Assembly: GCA_973895155.1 (NCBI GenBank)
Contig: OZ316893.1
Coordinates: 20,940,955-21,004,954, forward strand
Source: Marsupella aquatica
Lineage: Eukaryota > Plantae > Marchantiophyta
DNA: 64,000 bases
Direction: 5' to 3'
Shown: in pieces, positions 23,941 through 36,786 of the stretch
How positions within the stretch are numbered: the stretch's first letter is position 1
Layout: the number at the start of each line of letters is the position of its first letter
Translations under genes and position numbers: made by a program
Notes under the pieces: model-generated
What the model saw: the letters and a program-made list of their open reading frames with translations, nothing else
Told to the model about the DNA's origin: nothing
Database searches by the model: none

Positions 23941-24895
23941 GTGACTTGTCCAGTTTATACTGTTAGATTTCAAGAGCCCTTGCAGCATCCTTTGCACAAT
24001 TTTATAGGGTAAAACTTTTAAAAGCCCTAGTAGCATGGTTTGCAAGGATCTGGGGTCTCACTATGTGGAGCCCCCACATCACCTGCATGTTTTCAGGACT
24101 GGAAGCATACCATAAGTCTTAAGATTTTTTTAAAAATATTTTTATTTTATCTTTCTCAAGCATCAAAATTAAGCTTAAAAGACCTTAATGTTTGTTTACC
24201 AAAAATTGAAAGTATTCCAGTAGAACTGACAAAATGACCATATGCTTTGTCATACGAGAAGTATCTTTCTCATAGAAGTGAGACCCTCAAAATGAAAATG
24301 TTGGAGGCTTCATACATTAATAGTAAGTAACCTGAGTTGTATGGGGCAGTTGGTTTGTGACCCTCTAGTCTACCATACTTTCTTTGTTTCTCAGTAGGCT
24401 TGGCTTTTAGTTATTTTGCTCTTGTTGGGTATTGGGTCTATGATTTAAGGTTTGAGACTTTAGAGCTTTTGGCTCCTTGTTCTTCCTGGGTTTTACACTT
24501 GCCTTTGAGATCATGTCTCTCACTTTTGCCACTTTATGTGCTATATGTGCTATATGTGCTATATGTGTTAAGCTTTATCTTAGGTTAATAGTAAAGTATT
24601 ATACCTTGCAACATACAGTAGGTATTCTAGAGATGTAAGTTAAGAAAGGGCCAGACTCATTTTGATGTGGAAAAATTCCACCAAAACTAAATTATAGGGC
24701 TTTGTTTTAATACTGCAGGGAAGAAACTAACTTGTTTTAATGCAGGAAGTTTTTACCAAAACCAAATTAGGTTTTTTCTAATACAAGGGTCTCCAACAAA
24801 ATTCGCAAGCAGTTTTGGATTTTTATTAAAAACTTACTAAGTATTAGACAAGTGTGGGGAAAACTTATAAAATTACATGGGAAAAAGGAAAAAGC

Positions 24896-25241
24896 TGTTA
24901 GATATTGCTCTTAGTCTTGTTGACTCATGAGCTAACTACAGTTAGTCTAACTCGGGTTAGGACTTAGCTAATGTTAGCGGTAGTGCTGTTGTGCATATAG
25001 CTAGGGCTGATGCCAGACCCTGGTGGAACTTAGGCTCATTGCTACGGAGCTAGTTGAGAGATAGGGAGAGCTTGTGCTGTGGATGCTTGGTATGGCCGGT
25101 CGGCCTAGAGTGCAATAAAGCTCTTGTGTGTTCCCGTGGACGTAGCCTCATGTGGAGGTGAACCACGTATCTCTCTGTGTCGACTATTGTGCGTTGGATG
25201 GTTCATGGACTTGCCGTTGCGAATGTCGTCTATGCTCAACA
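24896..25241 (+). mobile_element. Solo LTR, copia family (chimeric U3 and R-U5)
   Basis: TGTTAG...CTCAACA with TSD AAAGC (24891-24895, 25242-25246). The 3' half closely matches the element 1 LTR. Confidence 0.93.
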
Positions 25242-25573
25242 AAAGCAAGCCTAAAAGATGATGCAAAAAAAAGAAGTGGAAAAGCCTTTCAAATTTCATT
25301 TTATTACACCCAACTTTTGGGTCATATAAAAATATAGACCCCAGCCTCCTTATTACACAGGAGGTGCGTACCTCGCTTGTCCTTTCCCCTACCAGGTAGC
25401 GTCATAACGGTACTAAGAACTTTTAGACTAAAGTTATTCATTAAAGCATGCACTTCGCGCGAGGCAGAAATAAGTAACCTGAAATGAACAATCAAGACTT
25501 CATGGACCCAACTTTTCAAATTAAAGGTTCTGAGCCAAGATTCCTATTTCTTCTTCTTTTTCCCATGTGAAAT

Positions 25574-25966
25574 TTTAATAGTAAAAAGTACACCAGAATT
25601 TATAACCTCACAGAAAAACAAAGTACAATAAAATGAAAGAGTTCCAAAAGGACAAACACCAAACCAGACAAAACAAAAGCAAGTATAAACCTAAAAAAAG
25701 GACAAATAAAATGAGAAAAGTGTCTAAGACTACAGGAGAACAACTCAACAACTAGTGTTCACATTTGAAAATGTGACACTAACTATGGGTCACATTCAAT
25801 GTCCTAACCAAATCAGCAAGTGGGATAGGAATGTTTTCTAGGGGGTTGGCGTCTTGGGGGGCATAGTGGCGGCCACTGTGAGGAATTGATGATAAATGGC
25901 TCAAGCCTGGGCACGCTATAACGCCACTGAAATGTGCTGACGAAAGTGTGTGATCAAGATGGATGA
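25574..25966 (-). mobile_element. 5'-truncated, decayed copy of the RLE non-LTR element
   Basis: SILITHFRQHISVAL*RAQA*AIY...PLENIPIPLADLVRTLNV aligns to the 18165 ORF. Candidate TSD ATGTGAAAT (25565-25573, 25967-25975). Confidence 0.75.
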
Positions 25967-27092
25967 ATGTGAAATGCAACAAAAATCAACTGAGTTGAAA
26001 AGCAGACAGAAAGTAAAGTCCACATATGGGGCACAAAGTGCCCAAAAGGATTGAGGGCAGAAACCCAGGCCATGTGACTGCAGCCCACAACAGAACAGTT
26101 CCATGCAGACCCCCACATCAGAAATATGGCAAGACTAGGAGCTTTGACATTCCAGAATCAATGAATTTCTCCAGTCTGTAAATTAATTTGATCCCATACA
26201 AAACTTTCTTCCATACCAATGAGATGTCGAGGATCATGAAACAATGGGAGACTTGCTCAGACATTGTTCACCAGGCATGTGTATTGTGCAATCATATCTT
26301 ATATGAGTGACTTCAAAGGAGGCTGGGTTTCCCACTTTTGAATGTTTCTGTGTTTATCCTCTATAAAGTTTGGTCTCACTCCTTTTCCAGATGAGATTAT
26401 AAAATCTCCCTAAACTTGTTGTAAATTCCATGAAAACTTTTAATTTTTTTAAGAAATCCTAAAAATGCTGGCTTGTTTGGTTGTAGTTAGCTGACCTATT
26501 CAGCGCTAATGATTATAGGGTTTTCAGATTACATTTGGTGGAATGTTTTTTTTTTTGAAAACATTACTTAGGGACAATCTAGGGTTTTTGCCAATTTTAG
26601 GATTATTTTAAGAATAAATAGATAAGAAAATTCTAGGAAAAAACTAAAATTTTAGTGTATTTATTATAAAACAACACATGGCCTTCTGAAAGTGAGGGAT
26701 GCTAAGGTCCATCCCCTTTTATATTCCATTTTCCCTTAGAGCCTTTCACTAACCTGTCTCCCAAACTACCCAATATTTTAACGTGCCCTCAAACAATTTT
26801 ATTTATCAACCCGCCTTCATTTCATAAACGGGTTAGAATTAACTCTAGATCAGGTTCCTGTTGCCATGTGGCAAGGTGTCATCAGCTATGCTTAACTTGT
26901 CGTGACCCCCTCAGACCCATTTCCCCTTGAGTCCCCATTGTGTTAGAGTTTTGACTCAATCTTGGCTAGGTTAACTAGAGATATGTTAATCGGAGTTAAC
27001 ATTAGTTAACTAGACACTTCATGAAGGGATAACCCTCTTTGTATCCCATGCAGAGAGTAAGTGCACCTAGTTGAGAATTTTGTTTGGGTGAA

Positions 27093-30000
27093 TGTCACTT
27101 GCCTATCCAACGATTAATATGTGCAAGCTATACTTTTCTTCACTTAAACCGTTGGTATCGTATTACGGGGTCGCGGAGGGACGCTATTTGGAGGATTTCC
27201 ACACCTAAGGATGAGTATGTTTGATTCCGCTCTCGGAAGCGTACTTTTTGATCAAGTCTACCGACTGGTCTCTCCATTTTCACTAGTACATTTTACCTCC
27301 TTTTTCCGATTCTCTCCACATCGGACGTCTTTGTAAAAAAAAATATGAAAAAACCATACATCCGATTCTGCCGGCATCGTAACATGCCATGATAAAAGTA
27401 TCGGATATCGACAATCGGACTTAAATCGGAAAGTCCGACGCTAAAATAATGGGAAAGTCCGATGCTAAGAGAATGGGAAAGTCCGATGCTAAGAGAATGG
27501 GAAAGTCCGATGTTGGGAGAATGGGAAAGTCCGATGCTGGGAGAATGGGAAAGAGCAAAACAATGAAAATGGGATACACATTGGAGCGGACGCGGGGTGC
27601 TCAGGTCACCCATCTCTTCCTTTGTATATTTACTTTCATTTTGCAACCATGAGCGAGGTGCCCATCTCCTTTGACATTTCAACTCTTCATTCCTCAACTA
27701 AGTGGTCACCCATCCCAATTGCTATTCCTCCAACATGAGCTTAACTTTGTGGTTCTTATCCCTCACAATGTACATGCAAGTTTAACACTTTTATTGTTTG
27801 ACTTGGAGTGTTTAGGGATTTTATACACTTCTAAATTTATTAAGACCCATAATTTGGACCTAAGCTGGGCAGAGTCGGGAGAGGCCAACAGGAAACATGC
27901 AACAATGCAGCCCCAGCCCAGCTAGAGGCAGCTAGGGTCAGCGACAACACAGCCCGGGCCGGGGAAATGAGGACGCAACGATAGCGGCAAGGGTGGAGCA
28001 AAGACGCAGCCAATGCGCCTCGACTATGGTGATAGAGAAATGGATTAGCCGACCCACCCCTCCGCAAACTATACTAAGGGTTCAAAATGTAACCATGAGG
28101 GAAGCGACGACCATCCAATGGGAAGACCAAAAGAAATCTCAACGACGGATCTTAGGTAGTTAACCTGAGTTACTTTTCTTAACCAATGACTCAAACGAGA
28201 GGCAAAGTGATAAATACAAGAAAAAAAGTGGCAATGTAGTGATTATGCCACAAAAGTGTGGCATTAGACTAATAAATCCCAGTTTTGCTCTATCATGATA
28301 TTGCATGTTTGCATTGAGTGATCTACAATTACGATTACCCTCTTACATTCCCTTGGAGCAATCAATAGAAATTTGGGGTCATTCGTGAATAGTAAAGCCC
28401 TCCTCCATCCAACTTGACATGAGATCATTATAGTTTATTAGTTATGGAAGATTAATATTTTGGTCCTTCCAAAGCCTTGGCGTCAAGGGCAGCTCCCGAT
28501 TGTCTCATCTTTCATCAACTATGTTGTTGTTGGACTTGCAACAAAGACTACATGGGACAACCAATCTCCTTTTAGATGATAAATTTTGATTTTGCATGTT
28601 GAGCAAATATTGCCAAAAGGGAACAATATTTTGGGGTCTTGGAAGGAGGCAAGAACAACATTCAATTAAGTCCATTTGCCTCAAGTATGAAGTCATTCAA
28701 ACATGCAAGAATGATTGTATCCTCTTTTCTAGGAAGAGTATGTCGGTGCAACTACATGCCCCATCTAACACAATAGGAATTTGTCGTTTTGCCAAAATGA
28801 AAATTTCCCATTCTCCCAGCATCGGACTTTCCCATTCTACTAGCATCGGACTTTCCCATTTTACCACAATCGGATATAATATCCGTTCTTATCAACTACG
28901 GAACTTTTCCGATCAATATTGAAACGCACATCATTTCCGTTACAAAAAAGATCGGACATATCAATCAAATTTTTTGTTAGGGGATCCGATGTATTTTGTA
29001 ACGGATATGATCCGTTTTTTACCGCATCGGAAAGATTTCTTTGTTAATTACATCGGAAATGAAGATATCCGAAGCCGAGAGTATGGCATATTGCCATTTT
29101 GTGATAATGGGAATTTCCCATTCTAAAAGAATCGGACCCCGATTGTTTGCAAAAATTGAGCATCGGAAATCAGCTAAATATGTACTAGTGTTTTGATCAA
29201 GTCCAAGGGACTGGTCCTACCATCTACAACTCATGCCCACCGGGTGAGTGCTGTCACCCCCCCCCCTCCTCGCATGGGTAAGTATACAAATGTTTACAAT
29301 ATGATTTGAACACTAGTGACAAGGGTAAATGTTTCCACAACGAAACCGACCACATGCACTAGGGGAGGAAAACAAACAACACAAGCAACAACAAGTGACA
29401 CACCAATTATTGGAACCTCAAGCCAAATCCATATCTCTTGGTGTTTCCCGTAACACATGCAAGGGCAAAACCCTAAACCCTAAACCCTAAACCCGACCTC
29501 CTGCCGTCTGCCCAACTCCTGCCTCCCTGGGACAAGTGCTACGTACTCCACCTCACTACTCTGGCTTGAACTTCTCCTAATCGGTGTGCTATTCACAAAA
29601 GCTACTCAAAAGCATCAAAGCACTATGCTGAGTTCCCCCCTAACTACTCCGGGGCTCTCCCCTTAAATACTCAAAACAACACACCAAAGCACCCCTCACG
29701 GGGTCACTAGGATGGCGGCTACCCTAGCGGCGCCGCTAAAACCCTTCACTAAGAAACCCCTAAACTAAAAGCATGCAGCACACACATGCTTCTAAAACCC
29801 TAAACCCTAAACTAACAATGGGGCCGACGGTGCCTTCGAGGGCGCCCCGACGTTACTCCGTGAACCGTGAAATTGCAAGGAACCCCACAATGGCCGAAAC
29901 TAGGTGCCCTTCCACTTGCATTTCTGAGTTCAACCCTGGATAGCCCTCCTCCTCTTGATCATGAATCACTCAACCTCTCTTGAAACGGACATCGGACGAC

Positions 30001-31614
30001 CAAGTTATGGCCGTTTCAGTATCCTGTAAACCCAACTTCGTCGGGCCCTAACTTGCTCATCCTGGTTCCGTTTGAGGAGCGCCACCTCTTGTTGGAATCA
30101 GCTCCGTGAGCTCTTTCCAACAAGCCCGTGAGTGCACCTTTCCGAAAAGTTTTACAATCCAGAGATCGTACGACCAAGTCCGTACGGCTACCCTAGTCCT
30201 CCTCCTCCACACTCACGGTGCCCTGGCTTGAGCCCCGTGAGTTGGTCTCCTCACCACTCTCCATTGGAGTGGATACCACTCCGCTAAACAAGGACTCACT
30301 TGAGTCCACCACCTCCTATCCTATCTATCTACCTTGCCTACCAGCCTCAATCCTCTTGATCGCCACCTCTGGTCCGTTGTAAAAGGAGGGGGCCCTTACA
30401 ATTGTCGAAACTAAAATTTTTTCAGAATTCACTTCTGAAAACATATCTGAGGAGCCCTCCTCTTCCTGATCACGGCTCCGTAAACGGTGCACAAAACGGA
30501 GGTCAAACGGCCAAGATATGGTGATTTAAGTTTTCACGGGGCACTGTCTCCCTTCGTTTCGTCCGTACAACACCAGGGGGCCGTCTTTGCAAAACACAGA
30601 TCACGGTTTCTCCGTATGTGCTGCTACCTCCTTCTTCCCTTGCAAAGCCGGGATCTCTTGCCGTACGGACGTCCGTACGGCCTCAAAAACCCCCGTATTC
30701 TCAAAAAACGTGATCAGTTGTATCTCCCTCGTCTTAGCTCCGTTTTGGCCGTGTGACACATCGTTGGATTCAGCTCGGTGAGCTCTTTCCAACAAGCCCG
30801 TAGACTCCTAATTTTGAGATGGTCAAAAATCTAATGTTCGTACAACCAGGGTCCGTACACACTTTGAAAGCAAGCACAAGAGGGAAAGGGTTTAGGGTTT
30901 AGGTATGGGTGGAAACCCCACAAGTGAGAATAGAGAAAAAGGGAAGGAAGAAAGTGTGAGGGCCCCTTCTACGGAGTGCCCCTCTACAAAGTGGGGAAGG
31001 GAAAGAGAGCAAAAAACCATGTGAGGACCACACAAAGGGTGAAGGGGAACACAAGTGTGGGAACCCCTTCCTTCTAAGGGCCCTCCCACCATCACTACTC
31101 CAAGATTGCCTAGTTTGCCGTTTTACGGGCGTTGAGGTCCCTCGAGATGTCACTGTTTGATATAGACCTAAAATAAACTAGAGAACCTCAGTTTCGCATG
31201 GGGCTCATTGAGGGCTTCAAAATGAATCCAAACATGACCATGTTTGGAATAGTACTAGCGCATAAATGTCTGTTTTAAGTTTCAACGTTTTCTATATTTT
31301 GGTCATTCTTCCCGTTTTGCGCCTTACGTGGAGCCTCCGACCAGCCCCCACCCCTCCAAGATGCCCACACGGCTCCAAGTCATTGGGCTGCCTTGTGGCC
31401 TCCTTGTACCCCCTCAATGGTTCCCTTGTCATCCATCACCGCTCGACACCCCTCTCAACTCCGTTTCGTCCGGTTGTCGCATCCATTTATTAGAACTAAC
31501 AAAAATGAAAAATTTGAAAATCCAAACACTTTTACTACACCTACTTGTCTTTCTACTTATATATGCAATTATAAGTTATCACTAAGTTACTACCAGATTT
31601 GGGGCCTTGTCACA
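27093..31614. mobile_element. Long solo LTR, probably gypsy-type (~2.6 kb after removing the nested CACTA)
   Basis: TGTCAC...TGTCACA flanked by GTGAA (27088-27092, 31615-31619). The left terminus is corroborated by a homologous inverted fragment ending at 49157. Contains an internal duplicated motif (GTGAGCTCTTTCCAACAAGCCCGT, ~30106 and ~30778) and telo-boxes. The superfamily is inferred because no coding sequence is present. Confidence 0.65.
27281..29190 (+). mobile_element. Non-autonomous CACTA (En/Spm) DNA transposon
   Basis: TIRs CACTAGTACAT...ATGTACTAGTG, 3-bp TSD TTT, subterminal repeats ATGGGAAAGTCCGATGCT (27449-27550) inverted at 28818-28860, transposase remnant LKYEVIQTCKNDCILF (~28680-28727). 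Confidence 0.93.
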
Positions 31615-31709
31615 GTGAAAGAGAGTGAGCTCTTGGTGCGGCCATTGACATAGCCTACACAGAGTGAACCAGTATTTTTGTGTCGGTGTATGTACTCATG
31701 TGCTATATG

Positions 31710-32430
31710 TGTGGTAATTTTGAGACAATTACACGAAGAACCACCACAAAACATTTAAGCCAAAACAGACTCATTTTGCCCCTTCAAATTTTTGGAACGG
31801 TGCCAAAAATGTACTCTCAAATTTTTTGAATATCTGTGGAAGATTCTTCACAGGGGGCCATTCCCCCTATCCGTGGGCCATGTGACCCGGGTTTGATGTT
31901 GACCGTTGGATGGCAAAGATCAATAGCTACAAGTGCAACATACAGGCAATGAGGGGAGACCGAGTGTGCAAGGTCAGGCTTGATCCGGACTGTCCATCAG
32001 CCAAGATTCTATGGGCGTGAGAATTTGCCAGTCAGCTGCAGGACCCAACCTGTGATATGTAACAGGTACTGCAGGGTGGGTGTGGGCCGTTGGATCTTGC
32101 TGATCTGATGCCTCCGATCATGCGTGGGTCACAAGGGCAAGGATGGGCAACCAGTGTTGCGCCTTGACAGGACCGTTGGATCCTCACGATCGATGGCTAA
32201 GATTCTTGGAGGGGGGGCGTACGAGGGGGCCGGGGGCTGCGTAGGGAGGCATCCGGTCAATACCAATTGACGGCTGTGGTACTGCCGGGGCGGCAAATTA
32301 AAGTAGGGCTGGTCCCTTGTAAACAGCATTTTTGGGGCCGGATCCTCCCGATAAAAATCAAATGTACTATGGGGGCCTTATAAGTCGTTTTGAACCATTT
32401 CTTGGCATTACGTGCACAATCAACCGTCAC
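31710..32430. mobile_element. Possible non-autonomous DNA transposon remnant (Mutator-like)
   Basis: Repeated CCGTTGGAT motifs in a GC-rich core with AT-richer ends. No clear TIR or TSD. Confidence 0.25.
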
Positions 32431-33032
32431 ACAGTCCAAGAAAGGTTATAGCAGAACCGGGAGCGGAATGCCCACCGGGATGCCCACCTGCCGTATTTGT
32501 TGAAGAAATGTGCTTGCTCACCCTCGGAAGTAAATAATTTATGCCGTCATTGTCTCAAACTTAACTGCTGCCAATTTGATTTGTCAATTCCTCCACCACA
32601 GCAACTCTGCACCAGGTAATCATTGGCTCAAAACATTAGCATCGCTTGAAGCTCCCTATCAAGAAAGCTACAACTCCTTAGTTTGTTTGATGTCGCTGTT
32701 TGTCCATTTCTAGCGTTCTGCCCTCCAAACGAAAAGCTCTCTTTTGCCTACTGTCACAAGCCACTCACAGATGCTCTAGATGCAACACTCGTTGCATTTG
32801 ATAAATGATCAATCAAGAACCCTTGAGAAAAGCTGTTGAATCAAGAAACTGACGTAACTTTGGATTTCTGAGCGCTTAGACCTCCTGAACGTTCCCTCTC
32901 AAACCTCCACATAGCAATTCCCTCTGAAACCTCCACATAGCAAGACCCCTAGCAAGACCACCGGGAGACTCAATCTTGTTGGTCACCCCCTTGCTGAATT
33001 TGCTCTCTTCAAATTGTCACTGCCCAAGCTTC

Positions 33033-33386
33033 GCTCTGATATCAATATATTGTTGGGAAAACTGGCATGATACAATCACATGAGCACAATCATCAAACAA
33101 GCATACACACCAACACCAAGATACGTGGTTTACCTTTGTCAAGGCCACATTCACGGAATGCTAGAGTTTTACTAAGCTTTGGCCACCATGGCCACACAAA
33201 ACATCCTTGTACAAGCTCTCCTTCTAGCACCTAGCTAGCTCCCTTAACAATGAGCACGGGTCTCCACGAAGAGCTCTCCCTAGCCCCTTTTATATGCTAG
33301 ATGCAAGAGTATCGATCGTTAACACCCTAATGGTGGTGTAGCCTAAGTAACTAGAAGTTAACCCAAGACTAGACTTAACCCTAAGA
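33033..33386 (-). mobile_element. 5' LTR plus degenerate PBS of a truncated copia-family element
   Basis: TGTTGGG at 33051, family stem-loop motif at 33124-33155, GCTCTGATATCA (PBS with one mismatch) at 33033-33044. The far terminus is degenerate. Confidence 0.7.
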
Positions 33387-33627
33387 ATTTTTTCATATAG
33401 GAATATGAGCAAAGGCATGCCAGATCCAAAACTTTTTGGTGGCAATGGCTTCCACCACGACCATTAGAATTCTAGCCATCCTTGTCTCAAAATTTTCCTA
33501 ACTTGCTCTCCAACTTGGCAATTCTTTCACACCCAGTGTATGCAATCCCGGGACCCAAACATCTGGATTCATTTGCGGTTGATTCCTATGTGCTTCTTGC
33601 ATGACATCTCTCTTAAGTCAGTAGTGT

Positions 33628-33790
33628 CTCTGTAAATTGCATTGTCAACAAATTCAAGCTCGAAGTCCAGGGGAAATCGAAGCCTATTCCTCTGTGAATT
33701 GCATTGTCAACAAATTCAAGCTCAAAGTCGAGGGGAAATTGAAGCCTATTCCTCTGTGAATTGCGTTGTCAACAAAAAGCTCAAAGCAAT
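33628..33790. repeat. 62-bp tandem repeat, ~2.5 copies
   Basis: TGT(A/G)AATTGC..TGTCAACAAA recurs at 33631, 33693 and 33755. Confidence 0.85.
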
Positions 33791-36786
33791 CAAGGTGGAG
33801 GCAAAGCAAACAAAGACAATTCACAAGGACATTGGCTTTGCGAGCAGGATGGCAAAAACGAGGAACAAGCTAGGTGCGAGCGGAATGTGGAGGAAGACTG
33901 GAGCGAACGCCTCTTGTGTGCCCACACGGCACACCTCCTGAACTGGCGCTTCCCGGCCTAATTCGCACCTGACTTACCCCATTGGTTGGGGATGCCCTTG
34001 AGCGTAAGGGTACAGGTACACCCAGTGAACAAAAAATAGGGGGCTGTCAGACTAGATATTAATGTACCCCGTAAGCAAAACCCAGCTTTGTTGGAGATGC
34101 TCTTAGCTAGTAATCACAGGCCCCATTAGCCAGAATCGAATGGTTATCGAGATATGACCACGAGCAAAGCAAAATATTTCAATAAAATGAGATAAAGAAT
34201 ATTTTGAGCATCTTCTCTTTCACAACATTCGCCACTCTGGAGTAAAATGAAAACCATAATGATTACGCTGTCGAGAACGCTCGTCCAAAATTTTGGAACA
34301 ACACCCTACTCAGCTTTACGTAGACCTAGCTTTAGTAAAGGATGCAGGCATGCAGCACTGCAGGCTGAATTCGAAGAACACATAGCTTTCTACTACAGCG
34401 CTGTACCGTGAACAGGTTATGATGGCGTCTTTCAACTATTGCGAGGGGCCGTTCTACACTCTAAACTTTCGCTTCTTTCTTTGGATGTCTTATCAATTAA
34501 GATGCCCATTAGGTGTGGATGTTGTGATGGCAACCTATGATGCCTTTGTCCCTACGATAGACAAAATAATATTTGTTTTAGCAGTTTCGATTGGCCGTGT
34601 TTGACGGTTCAGCCGGAATGTATGGAAAAACAGCTTCAGCTCGCATGATCGTCTGCTAAAAGCAGATTTAGGAGGAATTGGACATGACCGTGAATGTCCC
34701 CCACGATTCCACGAAGGAGCTGATAACACCACCACCTTCGACCTAGACTCTAGAGAATCATTTTGACAGCGGTAGACGATGAGATCACATGCTGTCATTG
34801 CGTTGCCCAAAAAGTTGCTGTTCACCCAAAAGTTCCCGATTCTGTCCTTTCCGTAATTCCGTCTCTGCAAAACAAAGTTCCCGTTCGATCCCGTTCCTGT
34901 CAGCAGTCAGCAGTCAGCTCCTCATGACATACATGACTGTGTATCTGAAGAAACCATCGAAAGGAACGCGTGGAAGACGGCTCAAAGAGTGCTGACGCCA
35001 AGCCGAGATTGAACACTATGTGCATGGCACGTGTTGTCTCCCTTGCCTAGCTCTGAAAAAATAAAGTCCACGATTGAGTGAATGCTTCTCGCGCTGTTGC
35101 ATGTGCGATCGGAGGTTCTCCTGCTATTTTTACGTCAAACGACAAACCAAAGCTGATTCAGGCAGAATGCACTCATGCAGTATCCCATTCAAGGTCCTAT
35201 ATAGCAGTAACGCAGAATAAAAGCTACCACGGTACCACCAGACTCTAGTCTTCCTTGAGTGGGTTACTTTCAAGTCTCCGCCACCATATCACTACAGTAA
35301 GTTGTTGCCAGTCTTGAATTGGTTGGTGGGTCGTTCCGTCTTACCCTTTTGGACGAAGACCTATATGTTGAACTGTATCATTCTGGTGCACCACTGCAAT
35401 CTGCGATCCACATTCCACAACATTCTGTTCTCGCCTCATATAGGTGAAAGGCGGAGTGACGAGATCCACATTCACCCAGACGTATCGACTTCCAAGCTAG
35501 GATGCTCTACCTTATTGCCCTGTCGAAGTCGATGAACCTCTGGCAACTTGCCTTTCGAAACTGTACACTTTTGTATGAATGCAATTATTATTTACTATAA
35601 AATTGTCAGACAAAATAACTTCCAGGACGTATAAAACAAAGAAATCTTGCCTTCCGCAGTTCCATCTTCTCCCGAAGTTTAAATCGTATTCTCTTAGATC
35701 TGGGTGCCTTTAAGTTGTCAGCAGGTTACCGGGCCATTTCAAAGATTCATCACCAATCTGAATTCAGGAATGGGCCGGACGTTATGATGCTTGAACATCC
35801 CCAAAATTGTACTTACGAAAAGGAATTGTTGCTGAGAATAGTCAGCATAACTTACGATGTTGTTGGAAATCACAGTTTCTGAACGTACACTTGCTGCATG
35901 TAAGCTCATAGTTGAAGATGCAATTTCATTCCTGCAGCGGAAGGACATGAGGTACTGCTTCCAAATTCCAAAACAAAATCGATCCAGACCATCATAGAAA
36001 TCCCTTTTCAAGCTCACAATGATAGGTTCCCGGGATAGGTTGTCCACTTTCTCGTGTGACAGGTCTAAGTCCTCAATCCGGAATCACTCAAACACGCCTT
36101 CAGTTTAGATACGTATTACAAGAGTAAACTATTTTTCGCTTCAGAGTCCTGCAAGTATGTCCCGCTGTAAGTTGTTTGATGGACAGAATATAATTCATGT
36201 CTAGAAGTATAGACGGGACGCATTGAGGTACTACCCCTGTCAACTCAGAAGGTGACGACGGAGAATCCAAGCTACCGTAGTCCACAGGAGGAAGGTCAAT
36301 TTGAGTGCCCAAATAATCACAGACCTACTGAACGGTGTCTCGCACGTCTGGCAATCATGACAGTTACATATTGCTAATTATAGGAGATCTACGTAAAGGG
36401 AGGAAAAGCAAAACGGGAAGATCCTAGTGCACCTACATGTCAGAGGTTGATTGGATCCCAAAGGACTGCCGGATATATCGCCCAAGTCACAGACATCTTT
36501 CTCATCATGTGAGTTGAACGCCAAGAGCACGCCTTTCCAAGGATGAGTACTCCACTTGATCATACAACAAGATACTGGACGACTCTCGATCAGAGCTGAC
36601 TTCCAGGACTATCTGATCATCCTCGTCCCTTACTCGAATACTTATAAACCTGAGGATGAGTGCAGATTCTCGTGTCTGAGCAGTCAGAGCAGCTGAAGTG
36701 AGGACTGGTGGGCTTAGAAGAGGCCCGTATTACGGAGAATCGTCTGAGGACTTGAACAAGTACAAATTTATAAGAATTGAAGACCG

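Noticed and set aside
24053-24286. Possible MITE with GGGTCTCACT/AGTGAGACCC ends
   Set aside because: Only a 10-bp inverted match and no TSD.
26941-30400. Alternative LTR boundaries TGTTAG...CTTACA with 4-bp ATTG flanks
   Set aside because: The 27093-31614 boundaries have a 5-bp TSD and independent support from the 49157 homolog.
34091-34105. Tourist/PIF-like terminus TTGGAGATGCTC-TTA
   Set aside because: No partner TIR found nearby.
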